Positions 30,940 through 39,201 of a DNA stretch of 64,000 nucleotides are shown one piece after another. Origin of the DNA: Candidatus Obscuribacteraceae bacterium (lineage in GTDB: Bacteria; Cyanobacteriota; Vampirovibrionia; Obscuribacterales; Obscuribacteraceae); the NCBI GenBank assembly GCA_044229845.1, contig JBGASG010000003.1, forward strand, positions 256,001-320,000, written 5' to 3'. Under the pieces are notes generated by a model, which saw nothing but the letters and a program-made list of their open reading frames with translations, was not told the DNA's origin and did not search any database. The translations under genes were made by a program, and so were the position numbers. Position 1 is the stretch's first letter, and every line of letters begins with the position of its first letter.

Positions 30940-31545
30940 CTAGGTGAAGCTGGCAGAAGAAGCCAGTTTTGCCTCTTCGTAGATGTGCAGGTGCGAGCGG
31001 ATCACATTGCTGGTGGTGACATATGACTCTTCGATTACCTTGATCAAGTTACTCTCGGAGTCGATAAAAATCGTGATGCTGTCTTCATCAGAGATACTGG
31101 CGAGGACGCGACAGTGACGATTGGCGAATTGCACCGGACGTTTCTCTTCGTACTGACGCTGAAACAGCGGACTGAGAATCTGCTTCCTGAGTTCGAACAT
31201 CAACAGCATCGGCACCATGCCGGTGGCGCCTTTCGACGTCTTGAGAGTCTTCTCTACGGCAGCGGGCAGCGACTCGGCATGCCAGGATTCGCTGGCGGCG
31301 GCGCGCGCTAACGTTTGATATCGCGAATGCAAAATGCCCAACTTCTCCGTCGAGTCGAGACGAATAAACTCGAAATTGAATTTCTCATTACGCACGAACT
31401 CCGTCTGAAAACGGATCAACGTCCCCGTCAAGTCGGGATTTTTGGTCAGCGCTTCGGCGCTCATGTTGGAGGTGACGCCACGATCGCTATAGGTGCGGCA
31501 ACTCGCGTACAAGTTGGCAATCTCAGTGATCAGGTCCGTGCTCAT
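30940..31545 (-). CDS. Hypothetical protein, LolA/DUF2092-like beta fold
   Basis: LYASCRTYSDRG start and IFIDSESNLIKVIEE motif; overlaps the upstream stop. Confidence 0.55.
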   Translation of the reverse strand: MSTDLITEIANLYASCRTYSDRGVTSNMSAEALTKNPDLTGTLIRFQTEFVRNEKFNFEFIRLDSTEKLGILHSRYQTLARAAASESWHAESLPAAVEKTLKTSKGATGMVPMLLMFELRKQILSPLFQRQYEEKRPVQFANRHCRVLASISDEDSITIFIDSESNLIKVIEESYVTTSNVIRSHLHIYEEAKLASSASFT

Positions 31546-32249
31546 GCGCTCTTCAGAGCCGCGAGCAGACCGTCGTAGAGATGCATATTGGCGTCGAGGA
31601 CACCGTTCATGCCTGCCTGCACGCTTGCAAAAGCATCATAGTTCTGAGCAAAGAGAACAGCCAGCGCCACTGACTCGTTTGTGTGTTCCTGTTCCAGCAA
31701 AACATGGTTGAACCAGATATGGTGCCCGCAACCAATACGACTGAATGCCACGTGCATGGCTCGAAACTCTTCGACCGCCAGAAGTTCGGTCGCAGTTATG
31801 GCACCGGCTGAAATCGCCGGCTTAATCAAACCGGTAAAGCCGGACTGGCGCAGTGGATAATAATACTTGCCGACGGCCCGCAAAAACTTCTTGATGCCGG
31901 GCATCACCGGCATCGCTAGAAATTCTGCCTCAGAACACCCGGCCGCCAGCGCCACTTCCTTGAGTTGCTGGGCATGATTATCTCGATAGTCGCCATTGCC
32001 ATACTCGTTACGCACGTTTTCCAGAACATATCCGACCGCTGGCTCGGGCATCAGAGTCGATGCCTTCAGCAGCAGGCGACGCAACAGCGCCGCATGCGCA
32101 TCGTAGTTTCTCAAAAGACGCCCGGCACTATGCGGTGTCAGTTCTACTGTCTGCAAATAATCAAACAATGGATGCCGACTGCACGCATGCGCGCGAGCCA
32201 GATCCACCAGCTGTTTCGTCCACTGTTCGGTCGCCGATGCGGTCTGCAC
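31542..32249 (-). CDS. Heme-oxygenase-like diiron enzyme (CADD/PqqC/TenA superfamily)
   Basis: HPLF, ENVRNEYGNG...NH, ATE, WFNHVLLEQEH metal-ligand pattern. Confidence 0.8.
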   Translation of the reverse strand: MQTASATEQWTKQLVDLARAHACSRHPLFDYLQTVELTPHSAGRLLRNYDAHAALLRRLLLKASTLMPEPAVGYVLENVRNEYGNGDYRDNHAQQLKEVALAAGCSEAEFLAMPVMPGIKKFLRAVGKYYYPLRQSGFTGLIKPAISAGAITATELLAVEEFRAMHVAFSRIGCGHHIWFNHVLLEQEHTNESVALAVLFAQNYDAFASVQAGMNGVLDANMHLYDGLLAALKSA

Positions 32250-32257
32250 GTCACTAC

Positions 32258-33262
32258 TTATTCGGAAACGCCGGCAGTCGCGCGTTCAGGGCTCAGGGCT
32301 TTTTTTTTGGTGTCGGAACTGTCGTGCTCGGCTTCCAGTTTCTCCAGATACCATTGGGCTTCCAGAGCAGCGGCACAGCCGGTACCGGCAGCAGTTACGG
32401 CTTGTTTGTAGACCTCATCCTGCACGTCGCCGGCGGCAAACACACCGGGAATTTTGGTTTTGACACCATCGGTGATGATGTAGCCGTTAGGGTTGAGGTC
32501 GATTTGATCGACAAAGAGATCGGTATTGGGGCGGTGTCCGATAGCGATGAACACGCCGTCTGCTTCGATCTTCTCTACTTTGCCGGTCTTGAGATTTTTG
32601 ATTGTGATGTGGGTGAGTTCGCCCTTCTCTACATCATGGAACTCTTCAATGACTGTGTCGGTCATGAACGCCACTTTCGGGTTAGCCATGGCGCGGTCGA
32701 CCATGATCTTGGAGGCGCGGAAAGAATCACGACGGTGCATCAAGGTTACTGAAGAGGCAAAGCGAGTCAGGAACATCGCTTCTTCCATGGCGGTATCGCC
32801 GCCGCCGACCACGAACACCTTCTTATCCTTGAAGAAGAAACCGTCGCATGTCGCGCACGCCGACACTCCATGTCCCATCAGTTTGGACTCGGACGGCAGT
32901 CCAAGCAGCTTTGCCTGGGCGCCGGTGCAGATAATCAATGTGTCCGTATGAATCTCTTCGCCGGAAGTCTTGACCACAATCGGCTTGGCGTTGAGATTCA
33001 CCGACTCGGCATTGTCGTAGATGAACTGGGTGCCGAAGCGTTCCGCCTGCTTATGCATCTCTTCCATAAGAGTCGGACCGAGAATGCCGTTCGGGAAGCC
33101 GGGGAAGTTTTCAACATCGGTTGTAATGGTAAGTTGACCACCGGCTTGCAGACCTTGAATCACGAGCGGATCGAGGCTGGCGCGAGCAGCATATATTGCC
33201 GCTGTTAAGCCGGCGGACCCAGAACCTAAGATGGTGACTTTCTTTCGGATGGGCTGGGCCAT
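32258..33262 (-). CDS. trxB: Thioredoxin-disulfide reductase
   Basis: GSGSAGLTAA, VENFPGF, SACATCDGFF, VGGGDTAMEEA, FAAGDVQD. Confidence 0.97.
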   Translation of the reverse strand: MAQPIRKKVTILGSGSAGLTAAIYAARASLDPLVIQGLQAGGQLTITTDVENFPGFPNGILGPTLMEEMHKQAERFGTQFIYDNAESVNLNAKPIVVKTSGEEIHTDTLIICTGAQAKLLGLPSESKLMGHGVSACATCDGFFFKDKKVFVVGGGDTAMEEAMFLTRFASSVTLMHRRDSFRASKIMVDRAMANPKVAFMTDTVIEEFHDVEKGELTHITIKNLKTGKVEKIEADGVFIAIGHRPNTDLFVDQIDLNPNGYIITDGVKTKIPGVFAAGDVQDEVYKQAVTAAGTGCAAALEAQWYLEKLEAEHDSSDTKKKALSPERATAGVSE

Positions 33263-33416
33263 TGATAAAGCCTTCCTTGATGAAGAAGCGCATGCGGTGG
33301 GGCGGCTAATGTGTCATTGCCTGTGTACATTCTATCGGCGCAAACCGCGCCGCAACTGGCTTCACCACATTTTAAAATCGTAATGTAATTGTAGCGCTGT
33401 TGGCTGGAAATAACCT

Positions 33417-34355
33417 TCAGCGCTTCGTTGAATAGAGGACGGGGCGCAAGCCATACGGCAAATCGTTACGCATACGGGCAAATTCTTCCAGAAGCTGCAT
33501 CCGGCGCCTCTCCAAATTAACGAGTGCGCGCTGATTAGACTTGTCGTTATCCAGAAGTGGTGTCAAGCGATCCAGGTCGTGAATCTGCCCGAGCAGCTGC
33601 TGGGCTCGCACCAGCTCGAGATTGGTCAATCCAAAGAATTCGGTGAGTATATATCGCCAGCGTTTAATGGAAAGCCTCAAAGCATGCATCTCTTCGGCTG
33701 AAGTGGCGCTGGCAGCCATCTGGCGCACTTGCCGTTCGTGCTCGATGACATGACGGTCCAGGTGCACGTAAGCAGACTCGTGGAGCACCTTGCCGTTATC
33801 CATGGCTTTCTCGACCTTGTCTGCGCGGTTGCGCAGATATGCCGGAATCTCAGACACCATATCGCCAAGATCGAGTTCGTCGACGTAGTCGCAAAGCCTG
33901 TTTTTCAGCCGCTTGCGATCGGCCTTCCATTTTTTGATCTGCTCCTTGCTAACTTCGAGCTTTTCCCCCAGCTCCAGATTGACATCCTGGTCTCGAAGTT
34001 CACCCAGCATCGACAATAGCTTACGCAGCGGTTTGCTGATGTTCTTCTTGAACTTGCCCGACTGCCACTCGTCATCCTTCATGACCCCCCAGACGGAAAA
34101 CCAGCGCCGCAGTGCCACCCGAGACTTGTGCACGCGATCAGCATTGACCTTCCTGTTCAAGCGCTTCAACTCGACTGCCAGGCTGGTCGCAACGGCAATC
34201 GCCGCCTGCGCCTCGTAGTTTATCCAGCTACTTTGCGCCAGATGCGGCGGAACTCCGGGCGGCAGGGCGCCGGTTTTGCTTGCCGCAGCTTTCTTTTTTG
34301 CAGGTTTGGTCTCGTCGCCTTTCATCACAGGTCCAAATTTCAATGCCGATTTCAA
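33417..34355 (-). CDS. CHAD domain protein (polyphosphate-binding family)
   Basis: VHKSRVALRR, LGELRDQDV, MHALRLSIKRWRY, QQLLGQIHDLD. Confidence 0.9.
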   Translation of the reverse strand: MKSALKFGPVMKGDETKPAKKKAAASKTGALPPGVPPHLAQSSWINYEAQAAIAVATSLAVELKRLNRKVNADRVHKSRVALRRWFSVWGVMKDDEWQSGKFKKNISKPLRKLLSMLGELRDQDVNLELGEKLEVSKEQIKKWKADRKRLKNRLCDYVDELDLGDMVSEIPAYLRNRADKVEKAMDNGKVLHESAYVHLDRHVIEHERQVRQMAASATSAEEMHALRLSIKRWRYILTEFFGLTNLELVRAQQLLGQIHDLDRLTPLLDNDKSNQRALVNLERRRMQLLEEFARMRNDLPYGLRPVLYSTKR

Positions 34356-34381
34356 TTCAACTAGCCGAATTCAGCTCGGCA

Positions 34382-35719
34382 TCAGCGTCCCAAAAGATCA
34401 TGCAAGACCTCTTTCCCGCGCCGCAGAACCAGATCTTTTCCACCCCTAGAGTACACAGCGTGCGCCCGCTGGAGCAGAGATGGCATGCGCACACGCTTGA
34501 AACTGGGCAATCGGTGAGGTTCCGCGCAAAATTGTCGTAACGGCGAGACAACTTGATCCCAGCGATATTTTCGCGCAAGTTGCTTGGAATTTTCAGCAAA
34601 TGTTTTTGTCAACTCGCGATCTTCAATCAGGCGTTTGATAGCCTCCGCCCATGCGCCTACATCTTCGAAAGGCAGCGAGACTCCAGCGTTCATTTCCTGA
34701 ATATCATCAGCCAACTGGTCGCCGCGCGTAGACAGAACCGGCAATCCGGCCCACAAATAATCAAGTATTCGCGTGCGAAACGAAAAACGCGTTTCCAACA
34801 CATCAAAGTGCGCCGAAACTGCCGCATCCGCATCGAGCAGATAGTTGACACGGTGTGCGTAAGGTGTCCATGTCCCGCAGAAAAAGACATGCTGATCGAG
34901 CAGATTGAGCTCCTTCGCCAGCTCAACAGATCGCCTGGCCATGGGCATCACGTCGACTTGCGGATTTGGCGACTTGAAGCCCATGAAATAGAGCTTCAGC
35001 TGCGGATAGGCAGGAGCCAGGGCCCCGACGGCTCGTATGACGGTGAGCGGGTCAAACCACTCCCAGATGCCACCACCCCAGAGCAAAAGGAAATCGTCTC
35101 TATTGATACCCTTCACATGCCCCTTGGCGCCCGGCCCCTGGGCAACGGGATCGGTAGCCGGCAAGCCAAATGGCACCACATCAATCAAGCGCCTGAATGT
35201 GGGGTCTTCGCGATATACATCGGGAGTAAGTCGCCCCAGCGCGCAATAACGGCCGAGCCAGTAGTCACGCTGGCGTTCGGACGCGCACACCGAAAAGTCT
35301 GCATTCACCATATGCCGCTCCAGCACCTGATGCATGAGGTTATAGCTGGCAGCGGAAGAAACAGTGTCTTCTGCGTACTGCGCCAGTACTGACAGCAGAT
35401 ACGGGTCGTACAGATCCACCGCCAGATATTTGCCCAGTCGCGAGAGGCGCGGATACGCTTTCAGGACATTGCCCTGGACAAAGAGGACATCGGCGTTTTC
35501 GGCACATTCGTAGAGCACCGGTCGCGCTCCGGTGATCAGCTTGAATGAAGACAGAGGGCTGAGATCTGCCGCGCTAACATCTGTCTCACGAGGCGAAAAC
35601 ACCGTTACATCAAAGTCACGAGCCAGCTCTTTGCCCAGCTCGACAGCGCGAATCGCCGGTCCTGCCATTTGTTGAGCGACCGGCTCCAGGGTGATAAGTA
35701 AAACTTTTCGGTGAACCAT
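34382..35719 (-). CDS. GT4-type glycosyltransferase
   Basis: MAGPAIRA, VDLYDP, WGGGIWEWFDP, ETRFSFRTRILDYLWAGLPV. Confidence 0.9.
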   Translation of the reverse strand: MVHRKVLLITLEPVAQQMAGPAIRAVELGKELARDFDVTVFSPRETDVSAADLSPLSSFKLITGARPVLYECAENADVLFVQGNVLKAYPRLSRLGKYLAVDLYDPYLLSVLAQYAEDTVSSAASYNLMHQVLERHMVNADFSVCASERQRDYWLGRYCALGRLTPDVYREDPTFRRLIDVVPFGLPATDPVAQGPGAKGHVKGINRDDFLLLWGGGIWEWFDPLTVIRAVGALAPAYPQLKLYFMGFKSPNPQVDVMPMARRSVELAKELNLLDQHVFFCGTWTPYAHRVNYLLDADAAVSAHFDVLETRFSFRTRILDYLWAGLPVLSTRGDQLADDIQEMNAGVSLPFEDVGAWAEAIKRLIEDRELTKTFAENSKQLARKYRWDQVVSPLRQFCAEPHRLPSFKRVRMPSLLQRAHAVYSRGGKDLVLRRGKEVLHDLLGR

Positions 35720-35849
35720 GTCTGCCAGAATTAGAAGGTAGTAAAGAACATTGGCTTCGCCGAGCTGGTTAGTCGTCGTAATATATACGACGACGTGCAG
35801 GAATTAACAGAAAACTTCCGGCACCGTAAGTTTTTGGTATCTGGCAACT

Positions 35850-36956
35850 ATGACTGCAGTTCTCGAACGGGCGAAGATCGCCGCTGAATACAATTTCGAC
35901 CTCGACCTCGCTCTCGACCCCACAAAGGGCGAAACCGGCACCGGGGCGATAGAGACCGGGCTGGTCAGCGTCGTCATTCCTAACTGGAACGGCAAGAAGT
36001 TCCTGGCAGGTTGCTTAGATTCTCTTCTGGCACAAAGTTACCCACAGGTGGAGATAGTAGTCGTCGACAACGGGTCTCACGACGGTTCGGTCGACTACCT
36101 CAAATCCAACTACCCGCAGGTCAAACTGATCTGCTTCCCGGTCAACACCGGGTTCAGTCCGGCAGTCAACGCCGGTATTCGCGCATCGTGCGGCGAGTTT
36201 ATCGCACTGGTCAACAACGACACGGTTTCAGAACTAACCTGGATCGAAGAGCTGGTCAAAGCCATGACCGCCAACCCCGAATTGGGCAGCGCCGGTTGCA
36301 AGATGCTCGCCTACGACGATCATTCACTGCTTGACGGCGCCGGCGACGGTTACAGGCGCGGCGGCTTGCCCGGGCGGATCGGACATCGCGAGAAAGACCT
36401 AGGACAATTCGATGCACCACGGATGATACTGGGAGCATGCGGAGGCGCCGCACTTTACCGGCGGACCATGCTGCGCGATATCGGATTGTTCGATGAAGAC
36501 TACTTTGCGTATTTAGAAGACGTAGACATCGCGCTGCGAGCCCAGAGTCGCGGCTACAAGTGCCAATACGTTCCAAGCGCCATTATCTACCACCTCGGCT
36601 GCGGCACCACCGGCAGTGGCTATCATCCACTGGTCGTGCGCCTTTCCGCTCAAAACAACTGGAACACCATTATCAAGAACATTCCGTTGCCGCTGCTGGT
36701 CAAGTTTCTTCCCCATATTCTCTACTGGCAGGCTTATTACTTCGCAGTTGTAATCGTGAGGGGCGGGCAGGTCATCCCCTGGCTTCACGGCACCTGCCGC
36801 TCACTGATGCTCTTGCCAAAAATGCTGCGCAAACGGCAAGAGATCATGTCCAGCCGACGCGTACCGCTGGAATATCTGGAAGAGATCATCATCACTTCCG
36901 AACGCGATTTACAAAACTCCCGAGCACGCCTGATAGAACAGGCTGCCCAGAAATAA
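35850..36956 (+). CDS. GT2-family glycosyltransferase
   Basis: VSVVIPNWNG, VVDNGSHDG, NTGFS, NND, FDEDYFAYLEDVD. Confidence 0.95.
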   Translation: MTAVLERAKIAAEYNFDLDLALDPTKGETGTGAIETGLVSVVIPNWNGKKFLAGCLDSLLAQSYPQVEIVVVDNGSHDGSVDYLKSNYPQVKLICFPVNTGFSPAVNAGIRASCGEFIALVNNDTVSELTWIEELVKAMTANPELGSAGCKMLAYDDHSLLDGAGDGYRRGGLPGRIGHREKDLGQFDAPRMILGACGGAALYRRTMLRDIGLFDEDYFAYLEDVDIALRAQSRGYKCQYVPSAIIYHLGCGTTGSGYHPLVVRLSAQNNWNTIIKNIPLPLLVKFLPHILYWQAYYFAVVIVRGGQVIPWLHGTCRSLMLLPKMLRKRQEIMSSRRVPLEYLEEIIITSERDLQNSRARLIEQAAQK

Positions 36957-36981
36957 GAAACGAGACGAAACCAGACCGGTG

Positions 36982-37470
36982 TCAGTAGTCGATCTCTTTC
37001 GGACGGGTAATAGACTCCAGCTTTCCGGACTTGGGTTTTAATTCTTTCCAGAGCGGCGCGCTCAGCGTCAGGTGCGCCAGACACGCGGTGGGAAACTCTT
37101 CGAAATTGCCGGTGAAAAACTCGTGCAAGTCGGACATGCCCGGGTTATGTCCGATCATCAAGACCGAGCGATGCGGCTCTGGTATCTCGGAAAGCACATC
37201 GAGCAGGTCAGCAACATCCGCCTCGTAGATGCGCTTGTCGAACTCGATTGCGCAAGACAGTTTCGCCTTATCCTGAAACAGCTCCAGCGTTTGCCGCGTG
37301 CGTTTGGCCGGCGAGCAGAGAATCAGATCGGCAGTCAGATGGTTTTCGTCGAAGTACTTGCCCATGCGCGGTGCACTTTCACGTCCACGTTTGTTCAGGC
37401 TGCGATCAAAGTCAGATACAGGCTCGTCCCAGCTAGACTTCGCATGCCGCATTAATAGCAGTGTCTTCAT
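36982..37470 (-). CDS. sixA: SixA-like phosphohistidine phosphatase
   Basis: LLLMRHAKS, CSPAKRTRQT, IGHNPG. Confidence 0.9.
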   Translation of the reverse strand: MKTLLLMRHAKSSWDEPVSDFDRSLNKRGRESAPRMGKYFDENHLTADLILCSPAKRTRQTLELFQDKAKLSCAIEFDKRIYEADVADLLDVLSEIPEPHRSVLMIGHNPGMSDLHEFFTGNFEEFPTACLAHLTLSAPLWKELKPKSGKLESITRPKEIDY

Positions 37471-37480
37471 GCTTCAACCG

Positions 37481-38128
37481 TTATGAATCATCTCTGAAGG
37501 AAACAGCGTTTTCCAGTTCTTCGATGATCCGCTCATGCAACTGCGAAATGACAGCGTTGATCATTTCCTTTCCCTTGGAAATCTTGCGAGCCTCGATAAC
37601 TGAAACCGCGGAGTTCAATTCTTCCATAATTTCGGAGAGAACAGAGAGGCTCTCGTTAACGCTTTTGATCAAAATCTCGGCGCGATGATCCTCATCTTTT
37701 GACCGGCAGGTGCCGCAAATTCCATAGATGTCGAAGCGGCTGCTGTGATGGTCGTAGCCTTTCCGGTCAGCAACCGCCTTTCCGAAACCGCGAATCAAAT
37801 CATCGGCGAATTCCACCGTCAGTCCGCACTTGAGACATATCAGGTGGTCGTGATCGTGTCCGTCATCCCGGGCTTCATACCGGCGTCCATGGTCGCCGGA
37901 GACTGCCGTGACATCGCCGTGCGCCTGCAACTGATTCAACGTGCGATAAACAGTTGAAAGACTTACTTCTAGACCCGAGTCGCGAGCGCGCCTGTAAACC
38001 TCGGGTGCTGTCAGGTGCACGCCGCGCGGAATGTCACGCACCAGAGCGGCTATGGCATCTTGCAGCTGCTTGTTCCGCCGAGCCCTTCCGGCTCCGTTGG
38101 CTGCATCATCACCAGTCTTTTGGTTCAC
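37481..38128 (-). CDS. Fur-family metalloregulator with ~70-aa C-terminal extension
   Basis: HLTAPEVY, SLSTVYRTL, HDHDHLICLKCG, YGICGTC. Confidence 0.92.
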   Translation of the reverse strand: MNQKTGDDAANGAGRARRNKQLQDAIAALVRDIPRGVHLTAPEVYRRARDSGLEVSLSTVYRTLNQLQAHGDVTAVSGDHGRRYEARDDGHDHDHLICLKCGLTVEFADDLIRGFGKAVADRKGYDHHSSRFDIYGICGTCRSKDEDHRAEILIKSVNESLSVLSEIMEELNSAVSVIEARKISKGKEMINAVISQLHERIIEELENAVSFRDDS

Positions 38129-38174
38129 GCGGCACCCTTCTGAAATCCTTGTCTCAGGTTAGTGAGAAAGCTAT

Positions 38175-38189
38175 TGAGAATCATTCCGT
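38175..38189. promoter_or_regulatory. Fur-box-like 7-1-7 site upstream of the fur gene
   Basis: TGAGAAT-C-ATTCCGT; shares the TGAGAAT half-site with the second box. Confidence 0.55.
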
Positions 38190-38355
38190 ACCAATTTTCA
38201 CACTTCTCGAGCAAAATTATGTCGCCTTTTATAGCCTGTGTGACATTTATCGATATACTCGGCATCCCTTATCAACTGCGACTTTTGCCAATTTTACGCG
38301 TTTTTCGCATATTGTCATCGGCGTCAGCGCCTCCCAGCAGATAAGGAAAGCTTAT

Positions 38356-38385
38356 TTGACAAAGGAATTTGCTCGGTTGTATCTT
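38356..38385 (+). promoter_or_regulatory. Sigma70-type promoter
   Basis: TTGACA (38356-38361), 18-nt spacer, TATCTT (38380-38385). Confidence 0.6.
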
Positions 38386-38397
38386 TTTAGCGTTCAC

Positions 38398-38420
38398 TAA
38401 TTGAGAATGGCTCTCAGTTA
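38398..38420. promoter_or_regulatory. Fur-box-like inverted repeat just downstream of the predicted TSS
   Basis: TAATTGAGAATGGCTCTCAGTTA is a near-palindrome with core TGAGAAT-G-GCTCTCA. Confidence 0.65.
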
Positions 38421-38568
38421 CCTCGGTCCTAATCGTCGTCCTAAATCAGAGCGGCTCTTTTCGAAGTATTGGTGTACAGGCTCAAATACATTCAATAGAA
38501 ATCGAAGGAAGGAAGAACTCGCAGTGGTCGATGACGACCAACGACCCACCTGAGAAATCCAATCAATC

Positions 38569-38605
38569 AAACCGGGGGGACCGCTCGTCCTCCCGGTTTC
38601 CTTTT
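38569..38605 (+). terminator. Intrinsic terminator
   Basis: AAACCGGGGGGAC-CGCTC-GTCCTCCCGGTTT 13-bp stem followed by CCTTTT. Confidence 0.75.
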
Positions 38606-38694
38606 GGACGTGCGATGCGCGAAAAACGTCTGAGTTTCGTGCGGTGCCGTACAATGTCCATCCGATACTGCACCTTACGCTATGGACGGACGTT

Positions 38695-39201
38695 ATGGCT
38701 CCGGATCAAACAGTCGTCGAGCAAGACGAAACTTCTGAAGAACTCTATCCACGCAAGCGCGTTTGTCGCAGACCAGTCGACGTCAACGACCTGCACTACG
38801 CCAAGCTCACGTTCAATGACCGAGTAGCAGTGTTGGTAACAGGCGCAATCGGCTCAATGTACGCCGTTTACTTGTTCCTCGTGTTCTCCGTAGGGTGGAT
38901 GCTCTGGCAGGCGTGGATGTCACAGACGGCATTTGATCCCTATCCATTTGCGTTTCTACTCTTTTTAGGAAACATCGTACAGCTGCTGCTGATGCCCTTG
39001 ATTATGGTGGGGCAGAACATTCAAGGTCGCCATTCCGAGCTGCGAGCCGAAGAAGAGTATGCAACTTGTGTGGCAACCTACGAAGACATTGAAGAGATGA
39101 TGGAACATCTCGCTGCGCAGGACGTGGAAATTCTCAAACAATCCGCGATGATGCGGCAGATTTTGAAGAAACTGGAAGACGCGACACCGACTTTCAATTA
39201 G
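38695..39201 (+). CDS. DUF1003-family membrane protein
   Basis: DRVAVLVTGAIGS, FDPYPFAFL, PLIMVGQN motifs. Confidence 0.85.
   Translation: MAPDQTVVEQDETSEELYPRKRVCRRPVDVNDLHYAKLTFNDRVAVLVTGAIGSMYAVYLFLVFSVGWMLWQAWMSQTAFDPYPFAFLLFLGNIVQLLLMPLIMVGQNIQGRHSELRAEEEYATCVATYEDIEEMMEHLAAQDVEILKQSAMMRQILKKLEDATPTFN

Larger units (their letters stand above)
38392..38605 (+). ncRNA. Candidate Fur-regulated sRNA or attenuated leader (~210 nt)
   Basis: Bounded by promoter plus Fur-like box and an intrinsic terminator; internal hairpins (e.g. TGGTCG-ATGA-CGACCA). Confidence 0.45.

Noticed and set aside
38531..38827. 98-aa plus-strand ORF
   Set aside because: Runs through a strong terminator and overlaps the DUF1003 gene out of frame.
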